From a virus (Duplodnaviria > Heunggongvirae > Uroviricota > Caudoviricetes), in IMG/VR virus record IMGVR_UViG_2778261513_000009, positions 1 to 33,995 of that record: 33,995 bases of DNA, one strand, 5' to 3'. The translations under genes and the position numbers were made by a program. Below, in pieces: positions 18,260 to 27,033 of this stretch; the first letter of the stretch is position 1; every line of letters begins with the position of its first letter. The notes beneath the pieces are model-generated. The model had not been told where the DNA came from and made no database searches. It saw only the letters and a list, made by a program, of their open reading frames with translations.

Positions 18260-19327
18260 TTATTCCCCGCTTTCCGGTGCGGCAGGTGCAGTGAAGTCAC
18301 CGAGATTGATGTTTTCAATCAGGCAACCGGCGGCGTAAGCCTCGACCACATAGTCAATATTCATCGACTCGTAGTTTTCGACGCGGTCTTTCTTCGGCTC
18401 CTCGATGATGGCGCGGCGGTGTGCGTCATCCATGAAGTAAATCGACAGGTTATCGAGACGCGTCACCATCAGGGCATTCGCCGGGAAGTACGGCACACGC
18501 ACAGCAGGCAGGTTGCCGATACGCTTCTGGCTGATGATGATGTCAGCGGCCAGCGTTTCGCTGTTTTCCTGCGCCTTGTTAACCAGCGGGAAATATTTAT
18601 CTGCCATCAGCTTACGGCCAGTGATAACGACGAGCTCCGGGTCATCCTGATAAATCTCATCAATCAGGTTGGTGGTCGAATCCATCACCAGCGCATCGAG
18701 GTTTTCATAGTCACCGTTTTTACCCACGCGGATCACATCGGAAATGACCTTGCCGTCATCATCAGTGACTTTCGACATCACACGCGCGGCAGCTTCATTG
18801 CGGTATTTCTGCAGCCAGCCCACCGCGACATCCTGCAGCATCGGGTTCGTTTTGCGGTTGGATGTCTCCGCGCGGGTGATACCGTTGAAACCGGCCATGA
18901 TGTAATCGAGCGACTGACGCTTGATAATCGCGTCACGGATACGGGTCTGAAAGTCCTGGAAACGCGCCCACAGGTCGAGCTGTTTGTAACGAATATGGAA
19001 ATCAAAGTTGATTTGTGCGCATTCGTATTTGTTGGATTCGAGCGCAGTGAAATCAGCGGTCTTACGCTCGTCATCGGCGGCGGTGTCCGTGGTGCTCGCA
19101 ATCGTACCGTTGACGCCGACCCCGACTTTTTCGCCTTTCAGCTCGTCGACCGGCACGATATTGATTTTGGTCAGAAACGCGGATGACGCCTGCAGGGTGG
19201 TCATCAGGGTCTGCGTCACGGACGGCTCAACGGTGAATTTTTTCGCCACGTCATCGGTGTCGACGCCGTTCAGCTCCGCCACGCGGGACAGGTAAGCATT
19301 GAATTTAAAGCGGGTATCTTTACGCAT
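18260..19327 (-). CDS. N: Major capsid protein N
   Basis: 355 aa from ATG 19327 (MRKDTRFKFNAYL...), preceded by an AGGA ribosome-binding site. Confidence 0.9.
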   Translation of the reverse strand: MRKDTRFKFNAYLSRVAELNGVDTDDVAKKFTVEPSVTQTLMTTLQASSAFLTKINIVPVDELKGEKVGVGVNGTIASTTDTAADDERKTADFTALESNKYECAQINFDFHIRYKQLDLWARFQDFQTRIRDAIIKRQSLDYIMAGFNGITRAETSNRKTNPMLQDVAVGWLQKYRNEAAARVMSKVTDDDGKVISDVIRVGKNGDYENLDALVMDSTTNLIDEIYQDDPELVVITGRKLMADKYFPLVNKAQENSETLAADIIISQKRIGNLPAVRVPYFPANALMVTRLDNLSIYFMDDAHRRAIIEEPKKDRVENYESMNIDYVVEAYAAGCLIENINLGDFTAPAAPESGE

Positions 19328-19388
19328 TGTTATTCCTGTTTTTCTACAAAGGGGCATCAGGCCGGGTGACGCGCACCCGGCAGGTCTG

Positions 19389-20243
19389 TCAGCAGTTGGT
19401 CAGCAGCTCGTCGCCCGTTCCGCCTTTCGACTTCTCGCGGCGCGGCTGGCGATAGCTTTCAGTGTTATCGAGGGAGCTTTTCAGGGCGTTAAGCGCCTGC
19501 GCGCTCTGCGTGGTCTGGCTGGTCACGTCCTGCTTTAGCTGTGCAAAGGCGGTTTCCAGCTCAGTGACGCGCGTTTCGGTGGCGGTCAGGTTGGTCTGTA
19601 CCTGCTCAGAGACGGCGGTCACCGCCTCATGCACATCAGCAAGACGGGCGTCATCGCTGACCTGTTTGCGGCTGAAAATCGATTTGACCTTGTCGGTCAG
19701 GCTGTTGAGCATGGTCTCGGGAACATCCTCGAATTCCAGCTCAGCAAGGGAGGCCACAGAGAAGAGGTCGCCCGGCTGGTCTTTTTTACCGGCGAGCGGG
19801 TTCTGCACCGCACGGCTGCAGAATTCGAGGTATTCCGTGCCGAGGCTTGCCGGGTCATCGGTCACGGCGAGACCAATCAGATAGCATTTACCGGTATTTG
19901 AGAAATTCGGGCGAATTTCCATGGAGGTGTAAACCTTCTGACCGGCACGCACCATGCTCACCAGTTCATCGAGCGGTGCAATCTTGCCGAACAGCGCTTT
20001 TTTGCCGTTCAGCGCAGAGTCATCACTGATGATTTCCGCTTTCACTTCGGTCACGTCGCCATAGCGTTTAAACGGACTGTCAGGCCAGAGGCTTTTGATG
20101 TGTTCGAGGTTAATGCGGCAACCGTAGACGCGCGGGTCAAAGGTATCCGCCATGTCCTGAATGTCATCCCCGTTGATGACACGGCCATCGCAGGTGTCAC
20201 CCTCGACGCCGATGCGAAACCATTTAGAAACTTTCTTTGCCAT
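19389..20243 (-). CDS. O: Capsid scaffolding protein O
   Basis: 284-aa ORF, same length as P2 gpO; first gene of the O-N-M-L operon, divergent from P. Confidence 0.9.
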   Translation of the reverse strand: MAKKVSKWFRIGVEGDTCDGRVINGDDIQDMADTFDPRVYGCRINLEHIKSLWPDSPFKRYGDVTEVKAEIISDDSALNGKKALFGKIAPLDELVSMVRAGQKVYTSMEIRPNFSNTGKCYLIGLAVTDDPASLGTEYLEFCSRAVQNPLAGKKDQPGDLFSVASLAELEFEDVPETMLNSLTDKVKSIFSRKQVSDDARLADVHEAVTAVSEQVQTNLTATETRVTELETAFAQLKQDVTSQTTQSAQALNALKSSLDNTESYRQPRREKSKGGTGDELLTNC

Positions 20244-20409
20244 TGTTCAGGTGTCCTGATGTTGGGTTTTAGGTTCGGGTGTAGTTTCCCGACTCCGCCC
20301 CGCATCAGCCACCGCTTGCAGACGTGTCCCCCCTGACACAACAGGGGGTTAGCGATAATGCCCCGCTATTTCCTTAGCCTTGCCCCGTATTCACTGACAC
20401 GAGGCAACC
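20244..20409. promoter_or_regulatory. Divergent intergenic region between O and P, expected to carry the Ogr-dependent late promoters
   Basis: Location by analogy to P2. Contains a dyad tgtcccccctgacacaacaggggg at about 20325-20348, but I did not find a canonical TGT-N12-ACA. Confidence 0.4.
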
Positions 20410-22179
20410 ATGACCATTTCAACTGACCTCTCCCTTTTGCACGACCCGCGACGACAGGCGCGCCTGCTGTTCTGGCAGGGGTTTTCCGTGCCACAAATCG
20501 CCGACACGCTGCAGGTCAAGCGCCCGACCGTGCAGAGCTGGAAACAACGTGACGGCTGGGAGGAAACCGCCCCGCTTAACCGCGTGGAATCCACGCTCGA
20601 GGCGCGCCTGATTCAGCTTTATGCAAAGCCTGACCTGACGCCGCATGATTTCAAGGTCGCTGATTTTCTGTCACGCCAGATGGAACGGCTCGCGCGTGTC
20701 AGCCGCTACGGCCAGACCGGAAACGAGGCAGATTTAAATCCCAACATTGCCAGCCGCAAAAAAGGCGACCGCCGCAAGCCAAAACGTAATTTTTTCAGCG
20801 ATGAGGCTATCGAAAAGCTCGAAGAGATTTTCTTCGATCAGTCCTTTGAGTATCAGCTCAACTGGCACAAGGCCGGTATCGCGCACCGTATTCGCCACAT
20901 CCTCAAATCGCGCCAGATTGGCGCAACATTCTACTTTGCCCGCGAGTCACTGCTGCGCGCCCTGAAAACCGGGCAAAACCAGATATTTTTGTCGGCCAGT
21001 AAGACGCAGGCTTACGTGTTCCGAAAGTACATCATCGCCTTTGCGCGCATGGTCGAGGTTGACCTGTCAGGCGACCCGATTGTCATCGGCAACAACGGCG
21101 CAGAGCTGATTTTTCTCGGGACAAATTCCAACACAGCGCAGAGTCATAACGGCGACCTGTATGTCGATGAAATCTTCTGGATCCCTAACTTTCAGAAACT
21201 GCGCAAAGTCGCCTCGGGGATGGCGTCACAGTCGCACCTGCGCACCACCTACTTTTCAACCCCCTCGACGCTGGCACATGGCGCCTATCCGTTCTGGTCA
21301 GGCGAGCTGTTTAACCGGGGACGCAGCAGCGCCGCCGAGCGTGTCGACATCGATATCAGTCATAAGGCGCTGGCCGGGGGCGTGCTGTGCCCGGACGGAC
21401 AGTGGCGGCAGATTGTCACCATCGAGGATGCGCTCGCCGGGGGATGCACGCTGTTTAATCTGGATCAACTGAAACAGGAAAACAGCGCCGATGATTTCCG
21501 CAACCTCTTCATGTGCGAGTTTGTCGACGACAAGGCGTCGGTATTCCCGTTCGAGGAGCTGCAGCGCTGCATGGTCGATGCGATGGAAGAATGGGAGGAC
21601 TTCGAGCCGTTTTCTGACCGTCCGTTTAACTGGCGTCCGGTCTGGATTGGCTATGCCCCGTCACATACCGGCGACAGCGCAGGCTGCGCGGTACTGGCTC
21701 CGCCACTGGTTGCCGGTGGCAAGTTCCGCATCCTTGAGCGTCACCAGTGGAAAGGCATGGATTTTGCGACGCAGGCCGAGGCCATCCGCGAGCTGACCGA
21801 AAAATACTGCGTCGAGTATATCGGCATCGATGCGACCGGCATAGGCCAGGGTGTTTACCAGCTCGTGCGCTCGTTCTTCCCGGCGGCGCGCGCCATTCGC
21901 TACACGCCGGAAATGAAAACCGCGATGGTGCTGAAAGCGAAAGACACCATCCGACGCGGGTGTCTGGAATACGACACCGGCGCAACCGACATCACACAGT
22001 CATTTATGGCTATCCGTAAAACCATGACCAGCAGTGGGCGAAGCTCCACCTATGAGGCCAGCCGCAGTGAAGAGGCCAGCCACGCGGATATTGCATGGGC
22101 AACCATGCACGCCCTGTTAAACGAGCCGCTTTCCGCCGGTAGCGGTATGCATTCAACGTCAATTCTGGATATTAACTGA
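20410..22179 (+). CDS. P: Terminase large (ATPase) subunit P
   Basis: 589-aa ORF, size as P2 gpP; divergent from O and followed by Q. Confidence 0.9.
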   Translation: MTISTDLSLLHDPRRQARLLFWQGFSVPQIADTLQVKRPTVQSWKQRDGWEETAPLNRVESTLEARLIQLYAKPDLTPHDFKVADFLSRQMERLARVSRYGQTGNEADLNPNIASRKKGDRRKPKRNFFSDEAIEKLEEIFFDQSFEYQLNWHKAGIAHRIRHILKSRQIGATFYFARESLLRALKTGQNQIFLSASKTQAYVFRKYIIAFARMVEVDLSGDPIVIGNNGAELIFLGTNSNTAQSHNGDLYVDEIFWIPNFQKLRKVASGMASQSHLRTTYFSTPSTLAHGAYPFWSGELFNRGRSSAAERVDIDISHKALAGGVLCPDGQWRQIVTIEDALAGGCTLFNLDQLKQENSADDFRNLFMCEFVDDKASVFPFEELQRCMVDAMEEWEDFEPFSDRPFNWRPVWIGYAPSHTGDSAGCAVLAPPLVAGGKFRILERHQWKGMDFATQAEAIRELTEKYCVEYIGIDATGIGQGVYQLVRSFFPAARAIRYTPEMKTAMVLKAKDTIRRGCLEYDTGATDITQSFMAIRKTMTSSGRSSTYEASRSEEASHADIAWATMHALLNEPLSAGSGMHSTSILDIN

Positions 22180-22180
22180 C

Positions 22181-23188
22181 ATGAAAAAACAACAGAATAA
22201 ACCCGCCACAACGACCGCCAGCGCGCCGCAAAAAATGGAGGCGTTCACCTTTGGCGAGCCCTCCGCCGTTCTGGATCGCCGCGATATCCTCGATTATGTC
22301 GAGTGCATCAATAACGGGAAGTGGTACGAGCCGCCGGTCAACTTCTCTGGTCTAGCAAAAAGCCTGCGAGCCGCCGTGCATCACAGCTCGCCGATTTACG
22401 TAAAACGAAATATTCTGACGAGCACCTACATCCCGCACCCGCTCCTGTCGCGTCAGGATTTCAGCCGCCTCGTGCTGGATTATCTGGTCTTTGCCAACGG
22501 CTATCTTGAGAAACGCATGAGTGTTACCGGCCAGCTTTTAAAACTGGAAACATCACCGGCTAAATATACCCGTCGTGGCGTCGAGGATGGCGTTTACTGG
22601 TACATATCGAGCTTTAACAACCCCCACCAGTTCGCACCCGGCTCGGTGTTTCACCTGCTGGAGCCTGACATCAATCAGGAGCTGTACGGCATGCCGGAAT
22701 ATCTGAGCGCATTGAATTCGGCATGGCTAAATGAATCCGCCACCCTGTTTCGTCGCAAGTATTACCAGAATGGCGCGCACGCGGGTTACATCTTGTATGT
22801 CACCGACGCTGCACAAAGCAGCACTGATGTTGAAGCACTACGCAAGGCAATGCGTGACTCAAAAGGACTCGGCAATTTCAAGAACCTATTTTTTTATGCA
22901 CCGAATGGAAAAGCTGATGGGATCAAAATTGTGCCACTCAGCGAAGTAGCAACGAAAGATGATTTCTTTAACATCAAAAAGGTTAGTGCAGAAGATTTGT
23001 TGAGTGCTCATAGGGTACCTCCACAAATGATGGGAATTATGCCTAACAATGTTGGCGGTTTTGGTGATGTTGTAAAAGCTGCACAAGTTTTTGTCCGAAA
23101 TGAGTTAACTCCTTTACAGGAACGGTTCAAAGAACTAAACAACTGGTTAGAAATGGACGTTATAAGATTTAAAAAATATTCACTTTGA
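22181..23188 (+). CDS. Q: Portal protein Q (3' third encoded by AT-rich DNA)
   Basis: 335-aa ORF starting 2 nt after the P stop; composition shifts to AT-rich near 22800. Confidence 0.9.
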   Translation: MKKQQNKPATTTASAPQKMEAFTFGEPSAVLDRRDILDYVECINNGKWYEPPVNFSGLAKSLRAAVHHSSPIYVKRNILTSTYIPHPLLSRQDFSRLVLDYLVFANGYLEKRMSVTGQLLKLETSPAKYTRRGVEDGVYWYISSFNNPHQFAPGSVFHLLEPDINQELYGMPEYLSALNSAWLNESATLFRRKYYQNGAHAGYILYVTDAAQSSTDVEALRKAMRDSKGLGNFKNLFFYAPNGKADGIKIVPLSEVATKDDFFNIKKVSAEDLLSAHRVPPQMMGIMPNNVGGFGDVVKAAQVFVRNELTPLQERFKELNNWLEMDVIRFKKYSL

Positions 23189-23253
23189 TTTTCGAAATAA
23201 ACATCTCAACATTATATTCAGCCCTGTAACTCAAGAACCACATATAATAACGT

Positions 23254-23278
23254 CACAGCCCACTTTATCGGGGCTGTG
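23254..23278. terminator. Bidirectional hairpin (cacagccc / gggctgtg) between convergent Q and the 370-aa cargo gene
   Basis: 8-bp perfect inverted repeat with a 9-nt loop and A/T-rich flanks. Confidence 0.5.
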
Positions 23279-23283
23279 ATAAT

Positions 23284-24396
23284 TTAACCAACCCTTGCTT
23301 TTTTATATGGACCACAACTCCAACTAAAGAAATTCTTACCTAACTTATACCATTTATCAGAAAGCACTGGTGTTAGGTGAGGATTATATTTTTTTAAACT
23401 TCCCTTTTGTATATATTTCAATGTATTGCTGAGCAAATTCTCTCCAAAACCATCATAACTTACACAAGCAGTGTTGCAGCTACAGCGTTTTGAGTCGATA
23501 TACTCACAATCATATTTTATATCAAGCTTCTTTAATATCGGACGCCAATATGCACCATGTTTTCGATCGAGTTCAAGGGCTGTTTTAAAATCAAAACCTT
23601 TTTTATGGTCAATGTAAAATTTTACTGATTCATCTACGGAGCAAAGATGCTTAAAGAAAATGAGAGATTTTTCTTTTTGTTGAAATTGACTTTGACTTCT
23701 TAATACATCTTCAATTGTCGATAAAGGAACTAGAGATTCTATTTCATGTACATCTAAAATCTCAACGAAACCTGAGCGAGTGATTTGTGAGCCCAAAAAA
23801 TGTGAGCAAGTACCCCCGAATGGGGCTCTAGGATGTTTTTTGTCATTATCCACAATACAAAAAACTATCTCATTATTTTGAATTGCACGCTCGAATACAT
23901 CCTTAGTACTACCCCCACCGCCATTTAGAGCGATAAAACCCATTTCGCAGCGAGATAAGTTAATACCTTCGGCATAATGAGCCGCTATAACTCTAAAAAA
24001 ATCAGAATCCAAAGGATTTTCACATACTATTTTCGTTTTTTGCAATTGTGCCGAGTCATTAAAATACAATGGACCACAAACAAATTTAAAAGATTCACCG
24101 TTCTGAACCCATCTAAATGATTTATCACTAATATTAAAGTCGACAGTTACATAAAATGAGACCTGGTTCAAGATAGCATAGTACTCTGTTAGACCCGACA
24201 AAGCCTCTTGCGCGTAACTTTTTGATGAAAGGCTATAAAGCCCGCTTTGATCATTGATAATAGTTTTAAAAAAAACCCTTGTCCCTATAACCAAGTGTTT
24301 TTGTTCAGCAAATGCCCGAAGTATATTCTCAACCGCTATGGCAAATGAATTATTTAGCACCTGCTCAGGTGTCGCATTTTCGATATGAATCAACAT
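23284..24396 (-). CDS. 370-aa protein with Toprim-like E...DxD core (putative nuclease effector), partner of the upstream ATPase
   Basis: Start codon 2 nt after the ATPase stop. Motifs read by eye: KIVCENPLDSDFF (E126), Gly-rich LNGGGGS, IVFCIVDNDKK (D183/D185) about 57 residues after the Glu, and a Cys-rich C-terminus. The Toprim assignment is unverified. Confidence 0.7.
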   Translation of the reverse strand: MLIHIENATPEQVLNNSFAIAVENILRAFAEQKHLVIGTRVFFKTIINDQSGLYSLSSKSYAQEALSGLTEYYAILNQVSFYVTVDFNISDKSFRWVQNGESFKFVCGPLYFNDSAQLQKTKIVCENPLDSDFFRVIAAHYAEGINLSRCEMGFIALNGGGGSTKDVFERAIQNNEIVFCIVDNDKKHPRAPFGGTCSHFLGSQITRSGFVEILDVHEIESLVPLSTIEDVLRSQSQFQQKEKSLIFFKHLCSVDESVKFYIDHKKGFDFKTALELDRKHGAYWRPILKKLDIKYDCEYIDSKRCSCNTACVSYDGFGENLLSNTLKYIQKGSLKKYNPHLTPVLSDKWYKLGKNFFSWSCGPYKKARVG

Positions 24397-24398
24397 AA

Positions 24399-25955
24399 CT
24401 ACTTACCAGAGAAAAAGCCAACCGGCCAATTTTGTAGGAAACCATTCTCGTCAAAATAAGATTTCTTAACTATGGTCTGCTGCTTTTCATCTTTTTCAAA
24501 TACCAGTATTGAAATATCATCCTGTGAAAGATTTTCATTTTCCTCAATATATTCACCAAGTGCTTCAATCATGGTCTGGCTATGTGTCTCAAAAATTATC
24601 TTCAAATCCACATTGTTTTCTTTTGCTTTAGTTACTACTTTTGCAAAAATACTTGCTAAATTATGTTGATATGACGGATGTAAATGCAATTCTGGCTGCT
24701 CAATGATAAATGTTATAGGTTTTCTAACCGTGGTAGCACGACGTTCTGTCTCAAGCCAAATGGCTGTAACTATCGGCAAAACCTGAGAGTAACCAAACCC
24801 CATATCACTAACATTATAGTTCTCACTATTTTCACCGGTATTTATTAAAATTGCAAAGTGAGAGCCACTTTGTTCAACCTTAATAATGAAATCAAAATTT
24901 AACTTTGTCCAATCTTCAAATTTTGATTTATCAGCCGGCCTTAATGAATTCAAAAGCATTGCAAGATTGGAACCAGTATGATCTATCTCATTAACCTGTA
25001 AATCTTGAAAGCGATAAAATCTTTCTGATGTAGCACGCAGTGGAGCTATGTACTTTACATTTCTGAATGAATCTGACAAGGATGTATTTATTATATCTAT
25101 AAGATTATTAATATTCCATCCAATTATAAATGGATATAACTCATTCATTATTTCATCATGTTGAAGTTCAAAGTTTCTACTAAAAACTTTTTGTTCCTTG
25201 AATAGAAAAGCAACTAATTTACTGGCGTACGCTTTGGGTATAAAGCCAATTCTTTTGAATGCCTCTGTCACTTGATTTATATCAGATTTAGTATGGAAAT
25301 ATTTCTTTATATATTTCGCTGCTGAATCAATAAATGACAATTCTAATGCCCTGTCATGCCTAGAATGTCTCAAATAGAATGATGTGCTTGGAGGAGGACT
25401 ATCTTCCTTACCCTTCAAAATTAGATTGGGTATGAACTGCCCAAGATTTTTAGCTATTATCCCATCACGCTCTATTGTTTTATCATCTGATTCAATGAGT
25501 AACTTAACATTACTGTTCTCATCCATTGAAATAAATATTGTTAAATCAGCCAATATAAGCTTAATCGTTTTTGTTTTTGTTTTTTTATCTTTAGAGTAAA
25601 CAGTCAACTCTGCTTCAACATCTGTTGGTTGCTTTGCTAAATCAGTAAAACGATAATATGTATATCTTTGTGAAACCTCTGGCGGAATTGAGAGTGAAAA
25701 ACTGAACGTAATTTCTTTTTTTTCAGAGTTTCGGGAAAGTACATCTGTAAAATCGCCAAAATCCACATATCGCCCATACCATAGTATTGGACCAGTAGTA
25801 TTTTCTTCTACAGATTGACGAAGTAAAGGAAATGTACGCAATAGGGAACTTTTACCACTGCTGTTCTTACCAACAAATACTGTAATTGGTTTTAAATCAA
25901 TAAAAGTTTTGTTGACAAAGCTCCTGAAGTTTTGAAGACCTATACCCTTAATCAT
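24399..25955 (-). CDS. ABC-type (AAA_15/AAA_21-like, OLD/AriA-like) P-loop ATPase, 518 aa
   Basis: Walker A VFVGKNSSGKSSLL; Walker B-like FIIEQPELHLHP; H-loop-like IFETHSQ. Start taken at ATG 25955 (MIKGIGLQNFRSF), which has GGAG 8 nt upstream; the ORF track extends to 26042 across the GC/AT junction. Confidence 0.8.
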   Translation of the reverse strand: MIKGIGLQNFRSFVNKTFIDLKPITVFVGKNSSGKSSLLRTFPLLRQSVEENTTGPILWYGRYVDFGDFTDVLSRNSEKKEITFSFSLSIPPEVSQRYTYYRFTDLAKQPTDVEAELTVYSKDKKTKTKTIKLILADLTIFISMDENSNVKLLIESDDKTIERDGIIAKNLGQFIPNLILKGKEDSPPPSTSFYLRHSRHDRALELSFIDSAAKYIKKYFHTKSDINQVTEAFKRIGFIPKAYASKLVAFLFKEQKVFSRNFELQHDEIMNELYPFIIGWNINNLIDIINTSLSDSFRNVKYIAPLRATSERFYRFQDLQVNEIDHTGSNLAMLLNSLRPADKSKFEDWTKLNFDFIIKVEQSGSHFAILINTGENSENYNVSDMGFGYSQVLPIVTAIWLETERRATTVRKPITFIIEQPELHLHPSYQHNLASIFAKVVTKAKENNVDLKIIFETHSQTMIEALGEYIEENENLSQDDISILVFEKDEKQQTIVKKSYFDENGFLQNWPVGFFSGK

Positions 25956-26327
25956 TCCTAGCTCCATTAGTTCAATAAAATCAATCGATTTTGAGACAAT
26001 CTTAATATCTTTGACAGGCGCGCGCAATGCTATCCCCGCCACGCCTGCCCGCTTAACGGGTCGCTTTTAATGCAGTTGCATGACCACACAGGATCCGCGC
26101 CAGCTCTGGCGGCGCGCGGCCAGAACGGGCAACCCTGACGCATGCAAAGCAATGCACCTGTTGCATGCGCGGCTAAAAAACCGGGAAATTGTGGGAAAAT
26201 GGCATAATAAAACCGGCTTTAATCGTGCCGGTTGAGGTTGGTCTCTACGGGACAGGCTAACGCCTCGCGGGGCTCGTTGTTCAACCCCGCAGGCACTGAA
26301 AACAAGTTTCAGCACCGGCGGCGTTTG

Positions 26328-26576
26328 CTAAGGTCGACGCGGTGGTGGCTTCGACATATTTGGTTGCCGAAACGCCTCAATTTTCGGATTGCTGATATCG
26401 CTGTATTTGCGGTGATTATCCCGGACGACACCGGCACATCCGACCAGTTCGTCAGGGGTCAGATTCTCGTTGATCATAATTTGCTGCAGGCGATGCACGA
26501 CGGCCATCAGCTTAATGTTTTGCGTTGAATGTACCGGCGGCACTGGCATCATTCGCATATGACTCATTTTAACCAC
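26328..26576 (-). CDS. Hypothetical small protein (82 aa) downstream of the ASCH-like gene
   Basis: ORF only; position corresponds to small early-operon ORFs of P2-like phages. No motif recognised. Confidence 0.3.
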   Translation of the reverse strand: MVKMSHMRMMPVPPVHSTQNIKLMAVVHRLQQIMINENLTPDELVGCAGVVRDNHRKYSDISNPKIEAFRQPNMSKPPPRRP

Positions 26577-27028
26577 CCATTTTTTTTAGCATATGCGACC
26601 ATCTTGTCGGAATATTGCCAGACACCATCATCAGCGACGTAAGCCCCACCCGAAACGCCGTTAAGCGTTTCATATCCAATAGCCAGCCCTAACGGATGTA
26701 GAATTTCGTGATTAATTCTGAAAACAAGCCCTTTCTCGCTTAACTCTTTCCAGTTCATTAGTGACATACCGCACTGGACATCTGGCATCATTAACTGAAA
26801 ACTCAGCATCACATAATTTTCCGCCCATTCAGCTAAATCAGTAACGTTTGTCACCCTCACTGATACACGTTTCCCGGTATATCCGTTTACCGGTTCCCAT
26901 TCATGCAACCCGAGAATATCACCACTAGAATAATCGCGGTCATTGAAACGAAATTCAGCACGTTTTTCCTGAGATATCACCGCTTTAAAATGCTCAGGTG
27001 CAATTTTTAACTGATGGATTTTGCTCAT
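26564..27028 (-). CDS. Hypothetical protein with N-terminal ASCH/DUF3850-like domain and a C-terminal extension
   Basis: Start ATG 27028 with AGGAG 8 nt upstream, 5 nt after the A stop. N-terminus MSKIHQLKIAPEHFKAVISQEKRAEFRFNDRDY resembles DUF3850-type proteins as I recall them. Confidence 0.5.
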   Translation of the reverse strand: MSKIHQLKIAPEHFKAVISQEKRAEFRFNDRDYSSGDILGLHEWEPVNGYTGKRVSVRVTNVTDLAEWAENYVMLSFQLMMPDVQCGMSLMNWKELSEKGLVFRINHEILHPLGLAIGYETLNGVSGGAYVADDGVWQYSDKMVAYAKKNGWLK

Positions 27029-27033
27029 TAACT

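Noticed and set aside
18233-19186. Long plus-strand ORF (317 aa) antisense to the major capsid gene N; similar antisense ORFs at 9872-10684, 10494-11162 and 3979-4536
   Set aside because: They overlap minus-strand genes that have clear P2 structural-protein identity and lie in GC-rich DNA where spurious antisense ORFs are expected; Arg/His-rich low-complexity translations.
20320-20350. Candidate Ogr-dependent late promoter element TGT-N12-ACA in the O-P intergenic region
   Set aside because: A dyad is present but TGT-to-ACA spacings are 8, 10 or 13 rather than 12; I only annotated the region generically.
23284-26042. Checked whether the cargo genes are homologues of P2 old or tin
   Set aside because: The ATPase is on the wrong strand relative to P2 old and is not fused to its Toprim partner as in OLD; the downstream protein does not resemble Tin as far as I can judge. 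Treated as a distinct two-gene module.
26043-26330. GC-rich non-coding stretch examined as a possible cos (packaging) site; ORF 26067-26315 within it
   Set aside because: I could not find the P2 cohesive-end 19-mer as I remember it (GGCGAGGCGGGGAAAGCAC) or its reverse complement here or in 23189-23283. The region is plausibly where cos lies but I cannot support a call; the 82-aa ORF in it looks spurious.
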